From assembly GCF_964355755.1 (NCBI RefSeq), contig NC_092677.1:28383175-28447174 (forward strand): a stretch of 64,000 nt of DNA, in the 5' to 3' direction. This document shows positions 49,553 to 62,864 of the stretch, piece after piece. Both the position numbers and the translations under genes were made by a program. The notes below the pieces were generated by a model that worked only from the letters and a program-made list of their open reading frames with translations, was not told where the DNA came from and did no database searches. Each line of letters starts with the position of its first letter. Position 1 is the first letter of the stretch. This DNA is from Antedon mediterranea (Eukaryota > Animalia > Echinodermata).

Positions 49553-52441
49553 CTGTAAGAGAAAAGACAATTGGGAAAATGAGAAAATAACTGTAAAATA
49601 ATCACTGAATTGTGTATGGTATAATTGAATTTAATGTATGATAATGAAAAATTAGTGGCTTAATAAAAAAAAATTACGCATAGGCCTATAACAGAATCTT
49701 ACTATTGATATCATTATGGACATAATCCTGAGTTGTGGAAATTAGGATATTTTATACGAATATATATTAGGCCTACTGATATACTGTAAATAAGACCTCT
49801 TTAGTCCTACTTCACACATTTACGTAGATCTATCTGATAAGAATTTGTTAATTATTTTATTTTTATCGGCACTGTTGATTTCTACCTACCATTCAAACGC
49901 ATGCAGCAAGTCAGATTTTCCTCCACAATGAATCTTCCGAGAAAGATCTTTTATTGATTTTCGATGCGCTTCCATTCAATTTTAAAATCGCTTTGAGGCC
50001 TGCCGCCTCAATCCATCAAGAGGAATGGCGGGGGATATTTGAACTCCATGGTATATCTGGCTTAGGCCTAACCCTTTTGCGATTAATTCTTTCTAATAGT
50101 TCTGTTGTACATTTTCTTCCAGGTAATTTCAACCACGGGCTCGTCGTTTATATTATCAAGTAGACGGTCATTGATGACCGAGTCTACGCATTTATCTCGT
50201 ATAAAATCGCGTAGAGTTATCAAATTTAAATTGTGTTCATTTGTATCAATTATGTATGTTTGTTGCTGCTGTACATATTGTCTACAAGATGTCCACCACC
50301 CAACAACAGGTGAATAAAACATGAAACACTAATATGCTTTCGTGATACATTTATAGCACTGTTCGGAAGTACTCATGATTGACTATCAATCCATTTTGTT
50401 CCCAAAATCGACCAAAGGGCTTCCATGGCCTTTAAAATGCTGCCTGATGACATACGAAGATATTTTAAGTCATTTTGTGAAATATATATACTGTACTTTC
50501 CCATTAAATTTAATAAATTGAATATCACACGGCCATCCCAATTCCCTAGCAAAACTATTGTTCATGTTTAAAAGTATTTATTTAATGTGTCTGTAGTTCT
50601 AGTTAAATTCCTTTGCTTTGCATAAAGCAGCATTGAGAAATATTTAGATTAGATTATAAACAACCACTAAAGTATTTATTCCTGTATAAGGTCAGAAATC
50701 AAATTTCCCGCAAACTATTGTATAAAATCAGTGACCTATCTAATAGTAAATTGATTGGTTAATACCCAGTCAGTGAGGACCTGATTGACAAGCAGTGCCT
50801 GTTTGCTATTGGTCATTGGTAAGAGGAAGTTGAAAATGGACAGCAAGTTATTCTTAACACTTGCAGTCTTAAATAAACACGCTGGCATTTTTATTACACC
50901 ACAGAGTATTATTCCTGTCAACTTATACCACAATTGACATGTTGAGGGGATAGGTCATCCACTGATTCAGTGGATGCCAAACGTAACGCTAAAGTAGCCT
51001 GGTCCGCGTAATGTTTCGGCAGTTATTCAAGAGGACGGAAGTTTTAGGGAACTGTATCACGCGGGAAGCTATACTAGAGCTAATTGGACATTGTAAACTC
51101 AGACTAGGCATGCTCAAACCCCAAAGCACGTCTGGGAGAAGAGAGTATGAGATGTTTTCAGACAAACATGGTCTGTAAAAACTGTGTTTTTGTTTTGGCT
51201 CAAAATAGGCGGGGTAGGCTATATTAATATGAAAATGGCCCGAAAAATGGTCAAAACATATTCCTTCCTTGGTAAATATTTTTGGATGGTGTGTAGGCCT
51301 ATAGATGAATGATTATTTTCTAACGAGTACGTTTGTCGGCGGCTGGGAAATTAGAAATTGTGTTTACTTGTTGGGGTATGTGGGCGGGTTAGTATGCCCC
51401 TACCCGGAATATACAGTAGTATAGTTTAGTTTAGAATTATATTTTGTTCTGTAGGCTACAATATGCCAGACTATATTCACTATACACAAAATCAGCTATA
51501 CTGATTAATTAAATAATTTATAAGAAGAATTAAAACTGTTACGTCAACGAGTCGAGCGGCGTTTTTTTTATGTCCCGTCTGTGTCGCCAACACCCACTAG
51601 TAACAAAATAGCACAGTTGATTTCACTGTCAATTGTGACGACTTTAGTAGTAATATGACGCGCTCGGTTTCGCTCATTTTGTCGATTGGCTTGTTCGATT
51701 ATTTTATTGGAGAAATGGGTCTGTATTATGCCGAATAATAGCACCAACATTCACAATATTAAATAAAGCTTTAATTTCAGTCATGTAAAACGAATTTGTT
51801 TTGAATATTTTCATACAAGATTTTAGGCATATTAGCATTATTTATGATTATTTAGACACAACAGTATAATTACCCCCTATTTAGACATTGTAATAGCCTA
51901 AAAATGTAAACGAAAAAACAGAAAGCGAGAGTAGCATCAGATTGCCTTGGTTGCGTCGCATAAAAAGTGTGTGAGAGGACCTGAGCCTGAGTCGATAGAG
52001 GATCGTGTGTGTAGGCTACTTAATAACCAGTTTTAGGTAAGTAAAAAGTTCGAGTAAAGGTGTTATGTAATTATTACTAGTTGAATTGATAGATTTTGTC
52101 CACACCATGGTCATGGACGTCAAATAAAGCTTGAAATTGTTCAGAATAACAATACAAAATGTAAGCTTGGTTTGTTTGTATGAGTAGCCACCGATATTGG
52201 ATCTTCTATGATCGATACTACGTGTAGCAAAGTTTGTATCAATGTTGTTGGTGTAAAAAGTATGGCGCGCCAAAGCTGTCATTTATTCAGGAGAGTGCGA
52301 TTATGTTGTACATTTCTTAATTCTGTAATTCTCTTAATAATAATTCGTAAATGTGCATGCGGTTTATTTTTGCTTTAGGCCATTCAAATTTGCATAGTTG
52401 TATGTATCTCTGTTATTATGCGCAACGCTTTACGCAATGTT

Positions 52442-52530
52442 TAATTGCGCAAGGATGTTCTTCTTTCCAATACCTAATTGCGCAAGGATGTTCTTCTTTC
52501 CAATACCTAATTGCGCAAGGATGTTCTTCC
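52442..52530. repeat. 33-bp x ~3 repeat containing ATTGCGCAA
   Basis: taattgcgcaaggatgttcttctttccaatacc. Confidence 0.85.
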
Positions 52531-52544
52531 TTGCATGTTTTTTT

Positions 52545-52676
52545 TTTTTTACCATATTTAATGAGGGTGATCCATCCAGCAATTGCTGATCATTAGGGAT
52601 CAGGACAGTCCATGTGACAGGACTTGAACCCAGGACCCTTGGAGTGGTAGCCAAGCATCATAACCACCAAGCCACA
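52545..52676 (-). mobile_element. tRNA-derived SINE remnant
   Basis: Minus strand gtggcttggtggtta (A box) ... gggttcaagtcc (B box), ending in an A-tract; no full cloverleaf. Confidence 0.55.
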
Positions 52677-55600
52677 ACTCCACTCCTCCAAGCCACAACT
52701 CCACTCCTCCAAGCCACAACTCCACTCCTAATGTTATTGTTATGTATTAAATGCACAAAAGTCATGGCTTTTTTGTCCAAAATAAACATTTTTTCTGTTA
52801 AATTTTGGTTCAGATAACCGGCTAAGTACCCTTTCTATTATTTTTATGAACCACGAAAAATATTAACAGATTTGATCTCCTGTGAAATGGTATGTGATCA
52901 CTGAAAATGCTTAACAGGCTATACCCCCCCCCCCACAACCCTCATTTAAATTGTGGCAGATTAATGAAATGTAGTTTAATTTTTTAAATACTTTCTGAAT
53001 GAAAACTGAGTGCATTTTATCTTGCATTTGATATTTTTACTCTTCCTTGTTTTACGCTTTATTTAAAGCTATTGATTGTTATGCGCCTGCATTCTACTGC
53101 CATTTGATATTTTTACTCTATCTAGTTTACCCTTTATTTAAAACTTTTGATTGTTATGCGACTTCATTCTACTGGCTGATATTTTTACTCTTCCTGGTTT
53201 ATGCTTTATTTAAAACTATTCAATGAGGAAGTAATATTTCTTTCATAAACCAAAATCCTGATCAATATCAATTTATTTCACCATTTACTTCCTAAAATGG
53301 ATGTGAAATTGCTTTTTCAGTGTGAACTTAACAAATAAAAGTTGTCATTTTTTGTATATCTGCAGTTAATATTGATTTTGCCCAAAAATCTAGACCAAAT
53401 AATTAAATTACCAAAACTTGCAGAGAAGATCCATTGGATAATAAAAATGAGGTCTAGGACTCATTTAAATGGTTACAAACTATTAATAGATCAGTATATA
53501 GTAAGTTGTGATGACATATTTCATCACTTTTCACTGGCCAGGGTTTTAAAAAGTATTTTTTCAGTTCATAATTTATTTGACAGTATTTTATTTGTTAAGT
53601 AGTTTTCAAGTATACAGCATTCAAGGTTTGATTTTTCATAAATTAAGTCTGACATTGAAATTTGATTTTCTACATGCCATCATGTTTCCAAATGTGTCAT
53701 AAACAATATTTACACCTGAGGCAGCAGATTCAGGCTGTCATGTACTTAAGAGTTTCTTCAACTTTCAGTTGTAATAAAGTAGGCCTACTAAAAGTCAAAT
53801 TATTCAATAAAATAATAAATAATGATTATAGTAATATAGTAATTTAGTACAATGATTTTCCTACTAAAATTAACACAATAAAATAAATTTTCTAATTTCT
53901 GCTTGACTATAAATTGAAGTAGAAAAATTGTTGATTTGTGAACCTCTTTTCATGGCATAAAAATGGAGGCCTGACGTATGCCCTTTTATTTCAATATAGT
54001 AGTTTTGAATGGTTGTTGATTGTTGTAAATGTAAGAATATCTATTTTGTTTATTAATAGGCCTATGTGTAAAAGTGATAGAAAGTCTAAATTCTAAAGTA
54101 TTCATTTGCTTGTTAAAAACTGTGTTTTAAGCACGTAGGTCTCGGTGCTTTTTAGGATAACTTACGCAAGTATAAATAATACAGTTTGCAATATGTTAAC
54201 TTTTTGAATTATTAATTTTTTCCTCAACAATGGAGACCAAAATAGAGTACAACTTTGCAACCTAATCTAAGACAAATTAAGTAAGCAGAAAATTAATTAA
54301 ATTTCATAACTTTTTGAGAGGCACTACAAAATATAAAATTACCTTAACAAAATTTGTTTTTAGTATCTATTATGTACTACATACTATTTAATTAGTAAAA
54401 GACATTCTTTAATAAAATATATATATTACATTGTACTGTATAGTAGGTGAAACAAAATTAAAATAACTGACCCACTCAAAATCTTCTTCTTCATCTATTA
54501 CATGAATAGAAAGGAAGAAAATGAGTAAAATTATAATGGCCTTCATTGACAAGGGAATAATAAACCAGACCTAAATGATAATGTTCATGAATATACTGAA
54601 CACTGATTGAAATTAGTTAGTTTGCCTCATTTAATGGTGAGGAATTTGTGATAAGTCTGGAATTCTAATTAAACTTCAGATTAGGTCTAAACAAGGTAGG
54701 TAATAATATTTACCCTAAGTGGACCTATCATACATCAGTTCTTTTCTTGTCAGAGGGATGTTTACCTTATTTGGTATGAACTATTGAACTAATTATTTTA
54801 CACAGATGTTTTGGTTAATACCATTCTACTATATCTTCTCTCTGATTTGATGATAATAATAAATCATAACATTTCCTATGCTAATATTTTCAAAATTCAA
54901 ATTAATATAATTGTGTGGTGTGGAGGAAAGGTCATAATTTTTTTAATTAAATTGAGCCACAATGAACCAAACAGATTAGACAAGTAAAATCCAAAGAATA
55001 TTTACATACTTTAATTAATCTACTGTTTTTATTTTGTTGTTGTTATCATTTTTAAAGGAAATTATCTTATTCAACAGAGGTTTGCTTTTGACAATCCATT
55101 TTTTTTCTGTTAATTTTGTTGTGCCAAAATGGAATAAATTCAAATAAATACTAGAGGACACTGATGGAAGCCAATTTCCACTTTATAAGATGAACATTGC
55201 AGAAGTTTGACACATTTATAACAGCAAGTTATCTCGCAATTTGAAAACTATAAGTTCTGCAGTTGAGGACAAACTGATGCAACTCGATTGAACATGATGT
55301 GGGGCACACGGCAAACAGACCAACACTATACATGTTTGATTGTATTGCATGTTACAATTACTGTTTCAATTATGAATTTGGAATAAATTCAATCTTAATT
55401 GAAATGTTTAAGTGCGTTGAACCAAATTGTAAAGTAAGTTCATTGTAACTTAGGGTAATTTATGTTTCATTAATATTTTGTACACTGTTGTACCATGGGA
55501 GTACAATACACAGTAATTCAATTGTTTTGTCTTAAGTTATCTAAGTTGTGACTTAATTAAATGCCTCCAGGTCAAATTCTTTGCCACCTTAATGGTCTAT

Positions 55601-57541
55601 ATCTCATTCATAATTGATTTGAATATTTGGTAAAAGGTGTTATATTTGTTGTAGTGTAAAGTGTTGTATGTTGCGAGTCTAGCAGTATTGCACTGGCAAC
55701 TACTACACATGCTTCTCAAATTGCAGACAAAGCTTCCAATATGTTTAAAAGAAAGAGTAAAGGTGAGTAACGTAGGCTCTATAAAGTAGTAGTATTTAAT
55801 ACTGTATGCAAGAGTGCATCTAAATAGTAACATTTCACTTTTTGGAAAGATTGACTATGTTGAGAATCATGGCAGCCATTTGTAAGTTTATTCCACTACT
55901 TGACTGCCAGGTGGTCACATACGGCATATACAATTCTATTGAACCCTATGGAAAGATGGAATAAAACTATTTTCATTTAAAAAGGAATAAATGGCACCCA
56001 TCTCTCTAGATCAAATTTGTCACCTTGTGAAATATTTCTCCATCCTAAGGATATCAATCATCGTAACCATCTTTTAACTACAGTATTTACTGTATTCCAA
56101 GTATTTATGGTATTTTCTTGATTTTTAATTATTGCACCATTAGTAATGTCCAAATGAAACATTACAGTTAAATTTGTCTAAATCAGTTCAGTGCTACTTA
56201 ATTTCCTCATTAGCAGCAAATCTAGCTCTGCTCTCTTTTGTAGCTTAAATTTGTTTAAATCAGTTCAGTGCTACTTGATTCCCTCATTAGCAGCAAATCT
56301 AGCTCTGCTCTCTTTTGTAGCTTTTCTCTGTCTGTCCGGTACCGGTACAGTATTACCCTTGTAATAATTACGTAGCTGGGGCTAATTTTACTTGATATAT
56401 AATATCAAACTGTACACTGTAATTGACATGGGTACACTTTTGCTGTTTTATTTTATTACCTCATTGTAAAACCAGCAGACTTAGGTCGTCTCCAGTTCCC
56501 ACCATTGTGGATATAATTAATAGGCACCACTAGCTCTTTTTTAGATATGTAATAAGTGAATGTTTTAAGGTTTTTTATTCATGTATGTTTTTAATTTTAT
56601 GGTACGATATCTAATTTTAATAAGATGTTTCTATTTTTATAGCAATTTTAACTAATTTTTAGTCATTTGTAATACAATTCATTTCAGTCCTTGACTGTCG
56701 TTTTTTAATATATTTTTATATACCGAGTAAATAAATAAATAAATAAATAAATTTAAGTTAGATGAAATGTTCAAATCCAGCTTTATTTATATATTTATTT
56801 GAGAGTATTAAAAACAAATGGAAATATTTCGTACATAAAGAAGGCAGTCATTATAACAATACTGTGATTTACGTTTACAATTAATATTGGTTTGTGGGAA
56901 TTTAACACAAGGTTTTATTAATTTTTAAAATGAATTTGTTATTTGTTTTATAAATTAATTTGTATTCTTCAACAAACAATCGTATTATGTAGACCTTATT
57001 TAGAATATTTTAAGCAGATTATTTCAGAGGAATATCCTTTTTAAAAAATTGAACAGTTTTCTGTTGGAAGACTTTTGATTAAATAATTATTTTTAATAAA
57101 AATAATGATTGGATTATAGCAAAAACTAGAAACAATACGTGAATGTATTGCAAACAGTAGCTTATAATAATTCTGTTTTGTAATCATTTTGACTTAGCTG
57201 TACGCATATCATTTGTATCATCATGTATGTGGCAACCTAATCCTTTTCAAAGTGAGAGTAACTTAATTGAATGATAAATATAGATCAAGTATTTTGATTA
57301 ACAGCCTACGATACGTATACTTGCGTAATTTCATGAATATGCCACTACTTTAGCCATTAAAAACTCCATATTTGGATTTACATTACTACATATATATATT
57401 GTCTGTCTATCTATACTAATTAATTACATATGAGTATAGTATACTCATACAGTACATTATGTTGGCCTTTAGAATATTCATTATTGTTGATTACAACATT
57501 AATTTCATGTAATTATTTATTATTTATTTATAGAAAAAAAG

Positions 57542-60420
57542 ATGGCAGTTCCTGCAATGCAGCAGAATCTTGCAACAAAGGTTGAACTACACATTGAGTG
57601 CAAAAACCTACTGAATAAAGATGCCTTATCTTTGTCAGACCCTATAGTTGTTATTTTTGACATGGATAATAATACTGAGGTAATTCCCCTTCTTTTCTCC
57701 TTTTCCATGCCATGTACCCTAACCCCTAACCCTAACCCTTTTCCATGCCACCTAGATTGTTTAAGTAGAGCAGGAGGCAGGATGACCGAGACACAACTGC
57801 TGCTGACCGAGGTTCAATTTGACCGATCCCTGGTTAGCGACGAAGGCGTATCCCCTTACTTCGGTTTGGATTTTTTTTGGCATGTTTGGAATCCCTTTTA
57901 TCGTTTTATATACAGCGCTTAGAGGTTTCACAATATTAGGCGCTATATGAATCCAGGATATTATTATTAATAATTCATTTTTTATAACGAATGTCTATGT
58001 TTTTGTTATTACTTGAAACCTTAAATTACTCCTAACCCTAACCCTATGTTTTTGTTATTACTTGAAACCTTAAATTACTCCTAACCCTAATACCTTTTTT
58101 CAGGTTGGTAGAACTGAGAGATTATCAAATACTCTAAATCCAAAATTTGGAAAGGCCATCTTTGTTGATTACAAATTTGAAGAAGTACAGAAGTTGAAAT
58201 TTATGGTGTACGATCTAGATAATGATACAGCTTCATTCAGCGATGATGATTTTCTTGGTTCCATGGAATGTACTCTGGGTCAGGTAAGATTCATTTGTTT
58301 TAACTTTGAAAAAAAATAGTAAAAAAAAGATTGGTGTTAAATGAGAGAGAGATAAAATACTGATGAATATGATTTAGTTATATAACAATTGGAATGATAA
58401 TATGTTAATTTGTAGTTGCCATTATATCTTGTTTATCAAGTTACATTCAATTTCAGTTTCAAGAATAATTGATTTTCAGATTGTTTCTGCTAAAATATAC
58501 AGTACTACTATGTCAAATACAGGCAAAAGTTCTATTATGGTGAGTAAAATAGCAAAAGCCTCTAAATTGACATTTAAAAGCAAGTTTAATGATATTATTT
58601 GTTGGGTAGTTGTGGACAGTTTGTTTGTAGCTAATTGATAGACTTATATGGTATATCACTTAGTGTTTTAGCACGCTAATAACGTCACTGCAAGCTCATT
58701 GGCAATGTTTCATTAAAGTATTTTTTATCTTGTTCAATAAATTGTTGTTACTGAGTGTGTGGCCTGTTACCTTGCATACCAGTAGTGGGGTTATTTACCT
58801 CCGCCAGAGGTACTGTATACTGTATGCATGCTGTATGTAATCAGTAGCACGTGTTTGTTGGTTTGTTTGTTAGCAGGATTACTCAAAACGTAATTACAAG
58901 ATCTTTATCAAAATGAATATACAGACAGATATGTGGTCAAGGACCATTCCATTAAATTTAGGGACCATTTGGGACCATGGTCCCAATTCTGGACTTTTTG
59001 AGTATACAGTACTTTTCAGACCTGCTAGTGTTAAAAGATAGGACAGAATTTTTCAAAAGCCGGCGAGCAGTCTTAAAGTAACAAGTAAACTGAAATTGCA
59101 TTTTCTCGAGAACTACTTGTCCAAAAAACTTCATTTTTGTACAAGAGGCAAGAGTTTGATGCGAGTAGTTTAAAAAATCTATTTCTTTTCAAATTCACTT
59201 GTTTGATTTTTCGCGTTGCTGTTCTATTGTTACATAACCATTACACCAAACTCGCATACACATGCTTGTAGTGAAATTAGCTTAAATCACAAACAGCATT
59301 AAGACACACGCACGTATATATATATTTTTTTACCGGAGAAATCTTATGTAGGAGAATTTTACAGTAGGCGGAGGTATGCCCTCTCGGAGTGCCTTTAATT
59401 GTACAGTAGGCGGAGGTATGCACTCTCAGAGTGCCTTTCTAGTTTTGTGTATGCTAAGCTTTTATGTAAAACTGTCACGATGTCCATAGCACAGTAATAG
59501 ATTATAATTTAAATATAATTTAAAGTGATTATGATTGTATCTTGTATCAGATAAAAGCAGATGAGGTAGCTGAGAACAATGATGCTGTTATTCTTTCATT
59601 CAGAGCAACTCATTTAGACAAGAAGGTAAATATCTTGATTCACAGCCCTTATATTTGAGATCACCATTCATACATTATGCCATGCTCTCAAATCTGGACT
59701 TTCTTTTAACATTTCATAGGATGTTGTCGGTAAATCAGACCCTTTCTTAGAATTTTTTAAAGAAAGTACTAATGCGGATGAGTGGTATAAAGTTCACACA
59801 ACTGAGGTGAGTCATATAGTAATTAAGTAATGCAAATATACAGTTTGTTCTATTGTACCTTTTTGCTCAATAAAACATTTGATTTTTACTTTGTTCAAAG
59901 GTTGTAAAAAACACATTAAAGCCAACATGGAAACCATTTAGCATTCCTGTCATGGACCTGTGTAGTGGAAACCTTGACAAACGAATAAAGGTAATGGAAA
60001 TAGGCTGAACAAATGATGATACTGATGATTTATCATTTGTATCATGTGTTATACATTTTTACTTTATACACAGCTAGTGTAGCAGCACACTATTTGCAAT
60101 AAATTGAAAATTGAATTTGTTTTAGATAAAATGCTGGGATCACGATTTTGATGGTAAGCATGATTTGATTGGTGAGTTTTACACAACTCTCAGACAGTTG
60201 GAAAAATTTAAACAGGTATAAGAATGACGTCCACATTCAATCATTGTTGTGATAACAGTGACTAATGTTTTGAAGGGCATGCTTTAGGTTAGATTGCATG
60301 ATCATCATAACATTCATTTTGCAGGTTTTATGTTTCGATCATGATGAAGCAAGTGCACCAGATCTTATTGGTGAATTCTACTCTACAGCTCGACAAATGA
60401 TTGAAACTGATAATCGTCAG
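57542..60420 (+). CDS. Copine (C2A + C2B), 5' part; the gene continues beyond the window
   Basis: Exons 57542-57679, 58104-58283, 58480-58539, 59551-59625, 59720-59806, 59901-59990, then 60126-60215 and/or 60325-60420. [70 protein letters not shown]. vWA exons not found in the window. Confidence 0.93.
57860..57968 (+). mobile_element. L2/SINE-like 3' tail
   Basis: tacagcgcttagag...taggcgctatatgaat...tattattatta stem plus (TTA)n end. Confidence 0.45.
58791..59442 (+). mobile_element. Second Helentron/HINE-like family with a duplicated 3' terminus
   Basis: 5' tacctccgcc; 3' ggcggaggta + hairpin gcactc-tca-gagtgc + ctag|t; 3' module present twice (59360-59400, 59402-59442). Confidence 0.75.
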
Positions 60421-60486
60421 GTAGAGAATGATTTTAGTTTTCTTTGACTCTTAACACATTGAATGCTTGAATAGCCACTCTGAAGG

Positions 60487-61992
60487 AAGGGTTGTCGGCC
60501 ACAGACTACCTACATATGTAAGTGTGAAATGTAAGGGTTGCCAGCCACAGACTACCTACATATGTAAGTGTGAAATGTAAGGGTTGTCAGCCACAGACTA
60601 CCCACATATGTAAGTGTGAAATGTAAGGGTTGTCAGCCACAGACTACCTACATGTGAAATGTAAGGGTTGTCAGCCACAGACTACCCACATATGTAAGTG
60701 TGAAATGTAAGGGTTGTCAGCCACAGACTACCTACATGTGAAATGTAAGGGTTGTCAGCCACAGACTACCTACATATGTAAGTGTGAAATGTAAGAGTTG
60801 TCAGCCACAGACTACCCACATATGTAAGTGTGAAATGTAAGGGTTCTCAGCCACAGACTACTGTACCTACATATGTAAGTGTGAAATGTAAGGGTTGTAA
60901 GCCACAGACTACCTACATATGCAAGTGTGAAATGTAAGAGTTGTCAGCCACAGACTACTGTACCTACATATGTAAGTGTGAAATGTAAGGGTTGTCAGTC
61001 ACAGACTACCTACATATGTAAGTGTGAAATGTAAGGGTTGTCAGCCACAGACTATACCTACATATGTAAGTGTGAAATATAAGGGTTGTCAGCCACAGAC
61101 TACCTACATATGTAAGTGTGAAATGTAAGGGTTGTCAGTCACAGACTACCTACATATGTAAGTGTGAAATGTAAGGGTTGTCAGCCACAGACTACCTACA
61201 TATGTAAGTGTGAAATGTAAGGGTTGTTGGCCACAGACTACCTACATATGTAAGTGTGAAATGTAAGGGTTGTTGGCCACAGACTACGTACATATGTAAG
61301 TGTGAAATGTAAGGGTTGTCAGCCACAGCCTACCTACATATGTAAGTGTGAAATGTAAGGGTTGTCAGCCACAGCCTACCTACATATGTAAGTGTGAAAT
61401 GTAAGGGTTGTCAGCCACAGACTACCTACATATGTAAGTGTGAAATGTAAGGGTTGTCAGCCACAGACTACCCACATATGTAAGTGTGAAATGTAAGGGT
61501 TGTCAGCCACAGACTACCTACATATGTAAGTGTGAAATGTAAAGGTTGTCAGCCACAGACTACCCACATATGTAAGTGTGAAATGTAAGGGTTTTCAGCC
61601 ACAGACTACCCACATATGTAAGTGTGAAATGTAAGGGTTGTCAGCCACAGACTACCTACATATGTAAGTGTGAAATGTAAGGGTTGTCAGCCACAGACTA
61701 CCTACATGTGAAATGTAAGGGTTGTCAGCCACAGACTACCCACATATATAAGTGTGAAATGTAAGGGTTTTCAGCCACAGACTACCCACATATGTAAGTG
61801 TGAAATGTAAGGGTTGTCAGCCACAGACTACCTACATATGTAAGTGTGAAATGTAAGGGTTTTCAGCCACAGACTACCCACATTTGTAAGTGTGAAATGT
61901 AAGGGTTGTCAGCCACAGACTACCCACATATGTAAGTGTGAAATGTAAGGGTTCTCAGCCACAGACTACCCACATATGTAAGTGTGAAATGT
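60487..61992. repeat. 46-bp minisatellite, ~33 copies, in a copine intron
   Basis: Unit gtaagggttgtcagccacagactacc(t/c)acatatgtaagtgtgaaat. Confidence 0.97.
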
Positions 61993-62028
61993 CCTGGTTC
62001 TCTGGTGACAGAAACTGGGTTCTCGTGC

Positions 62029-62662
62029 TTAAAGCCCCATTCCCTACGTTTTTGAGATCTAATTTAAGATCACAAACTATATTTAATGTAAAAATAATAC
62101 TACATGGTCCTATTGCGATAACTTTTTTCGTCTTTAAACGGTTAAAAATGTGAAAAATAAATCGATTCTAATAATTATAGCGGCCCGCTATAAATCCCAA
62201 AATGCATTGCGCGCGGATTGATATTTTTGTTTTTCACCTGTAATTCGCCCACTTTTCGATCGATCGTGAAGCCAAAACAAATGGAAGACTCCTAACTTTT
62301 CAGCGAAAATACCGAGTTTTCCCCAATTTATATCAACGGAGTCTGACAAAAATAGAAAGACAATTAATGCAGCAACTATACAACGTCAGGCTAGGTATAT
62401 AGCTAGCGTACGATGTTCGTACGTTATCGATGTTTACCAGCTAGGCCTACAAAACTAAGCCTAGCTAGGCTAGGCCTAAGACCGTCCACGAGAGGTCGAT
62501 CGCCGCGAGCTACTTAGGTAGTGCATTGTTTCTCACTTTTTATCATAATTTACCATAAAACGTACATTTAAGACAAGGAATGACATGGTTTAATGTTTTT
62601 AAAGTGATATATATGTATTATTTTCCAAAAAACGTCCAAAATTGCAGGGAAGGGGTCTTTAA
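62029..62662. mobile_element. TTAA-flanked non-autonomous DNA element (Kolobok-like)
   Basis: ttaa|agccccattccctacgtttttg ... caaaattgcagggaaggggtct|ttaa. Confidence 0.7.
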
Positions 62663-62864
62663 ACATTTCTTAAAGACAGCCATACAAAATTACTGGTAGT
62701 AAGCATTTGGTTGAGTTTCCTTTGTGTGATTTTTTCCATTATCTACAATATATGGGTTTGATGGTTAGGGGCTCTTAGTTTATTCTGAAAGGGTTGTACG
62801 CTGTTGGATGCGTATGAAATTGCTAGTCATTATGCGTTTTTTTAAAGCCGAATTTGTGTTTATA

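Larger units (their letters stand above)
46177..51045. mobile_element. Putative composite element with inner ~39-bp inverted repeats and outer ~32-35-bp direct repeats
   Basis: IR cattacgcggaccaggctac(g/t)ttagcgttacg..ggca at 46226-46265 and 50975-51013; DR tttcggcagttattcaa(caa)gaggacggaagtttt at 46177-46211 and 51014-51045. Confidence 0.6.

Noticed and set aside
52596-52676. tRNA gene (similar heads at ~12560-12630 and ~37262-37330)
   Set aside because: A/B boxes only, with no complete acceptor or anticodon stems; more likely SINE or element heads
53030-56330. Small duplications (~73 bp x3 at 53030-53220; ~77 bp x2 at 56168-56322) and LINE-like tails
   Set aside because: Ordinary intronic decay with no coding or structural signal
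57715-58092. (CCTAAC)n telomere-like runs (also ~13178, ~42095-42123)
   Set aside because: Only 2-3 units each; common dispersed motif, not a telomere or telomerase template
60487-61992. CRISPR-like look of the regular arrays (also 9510, 17767, 26723)
   Set aside because: Units are contiguous with no unique spacers, there are no cas genes, and the context is eukaryotic
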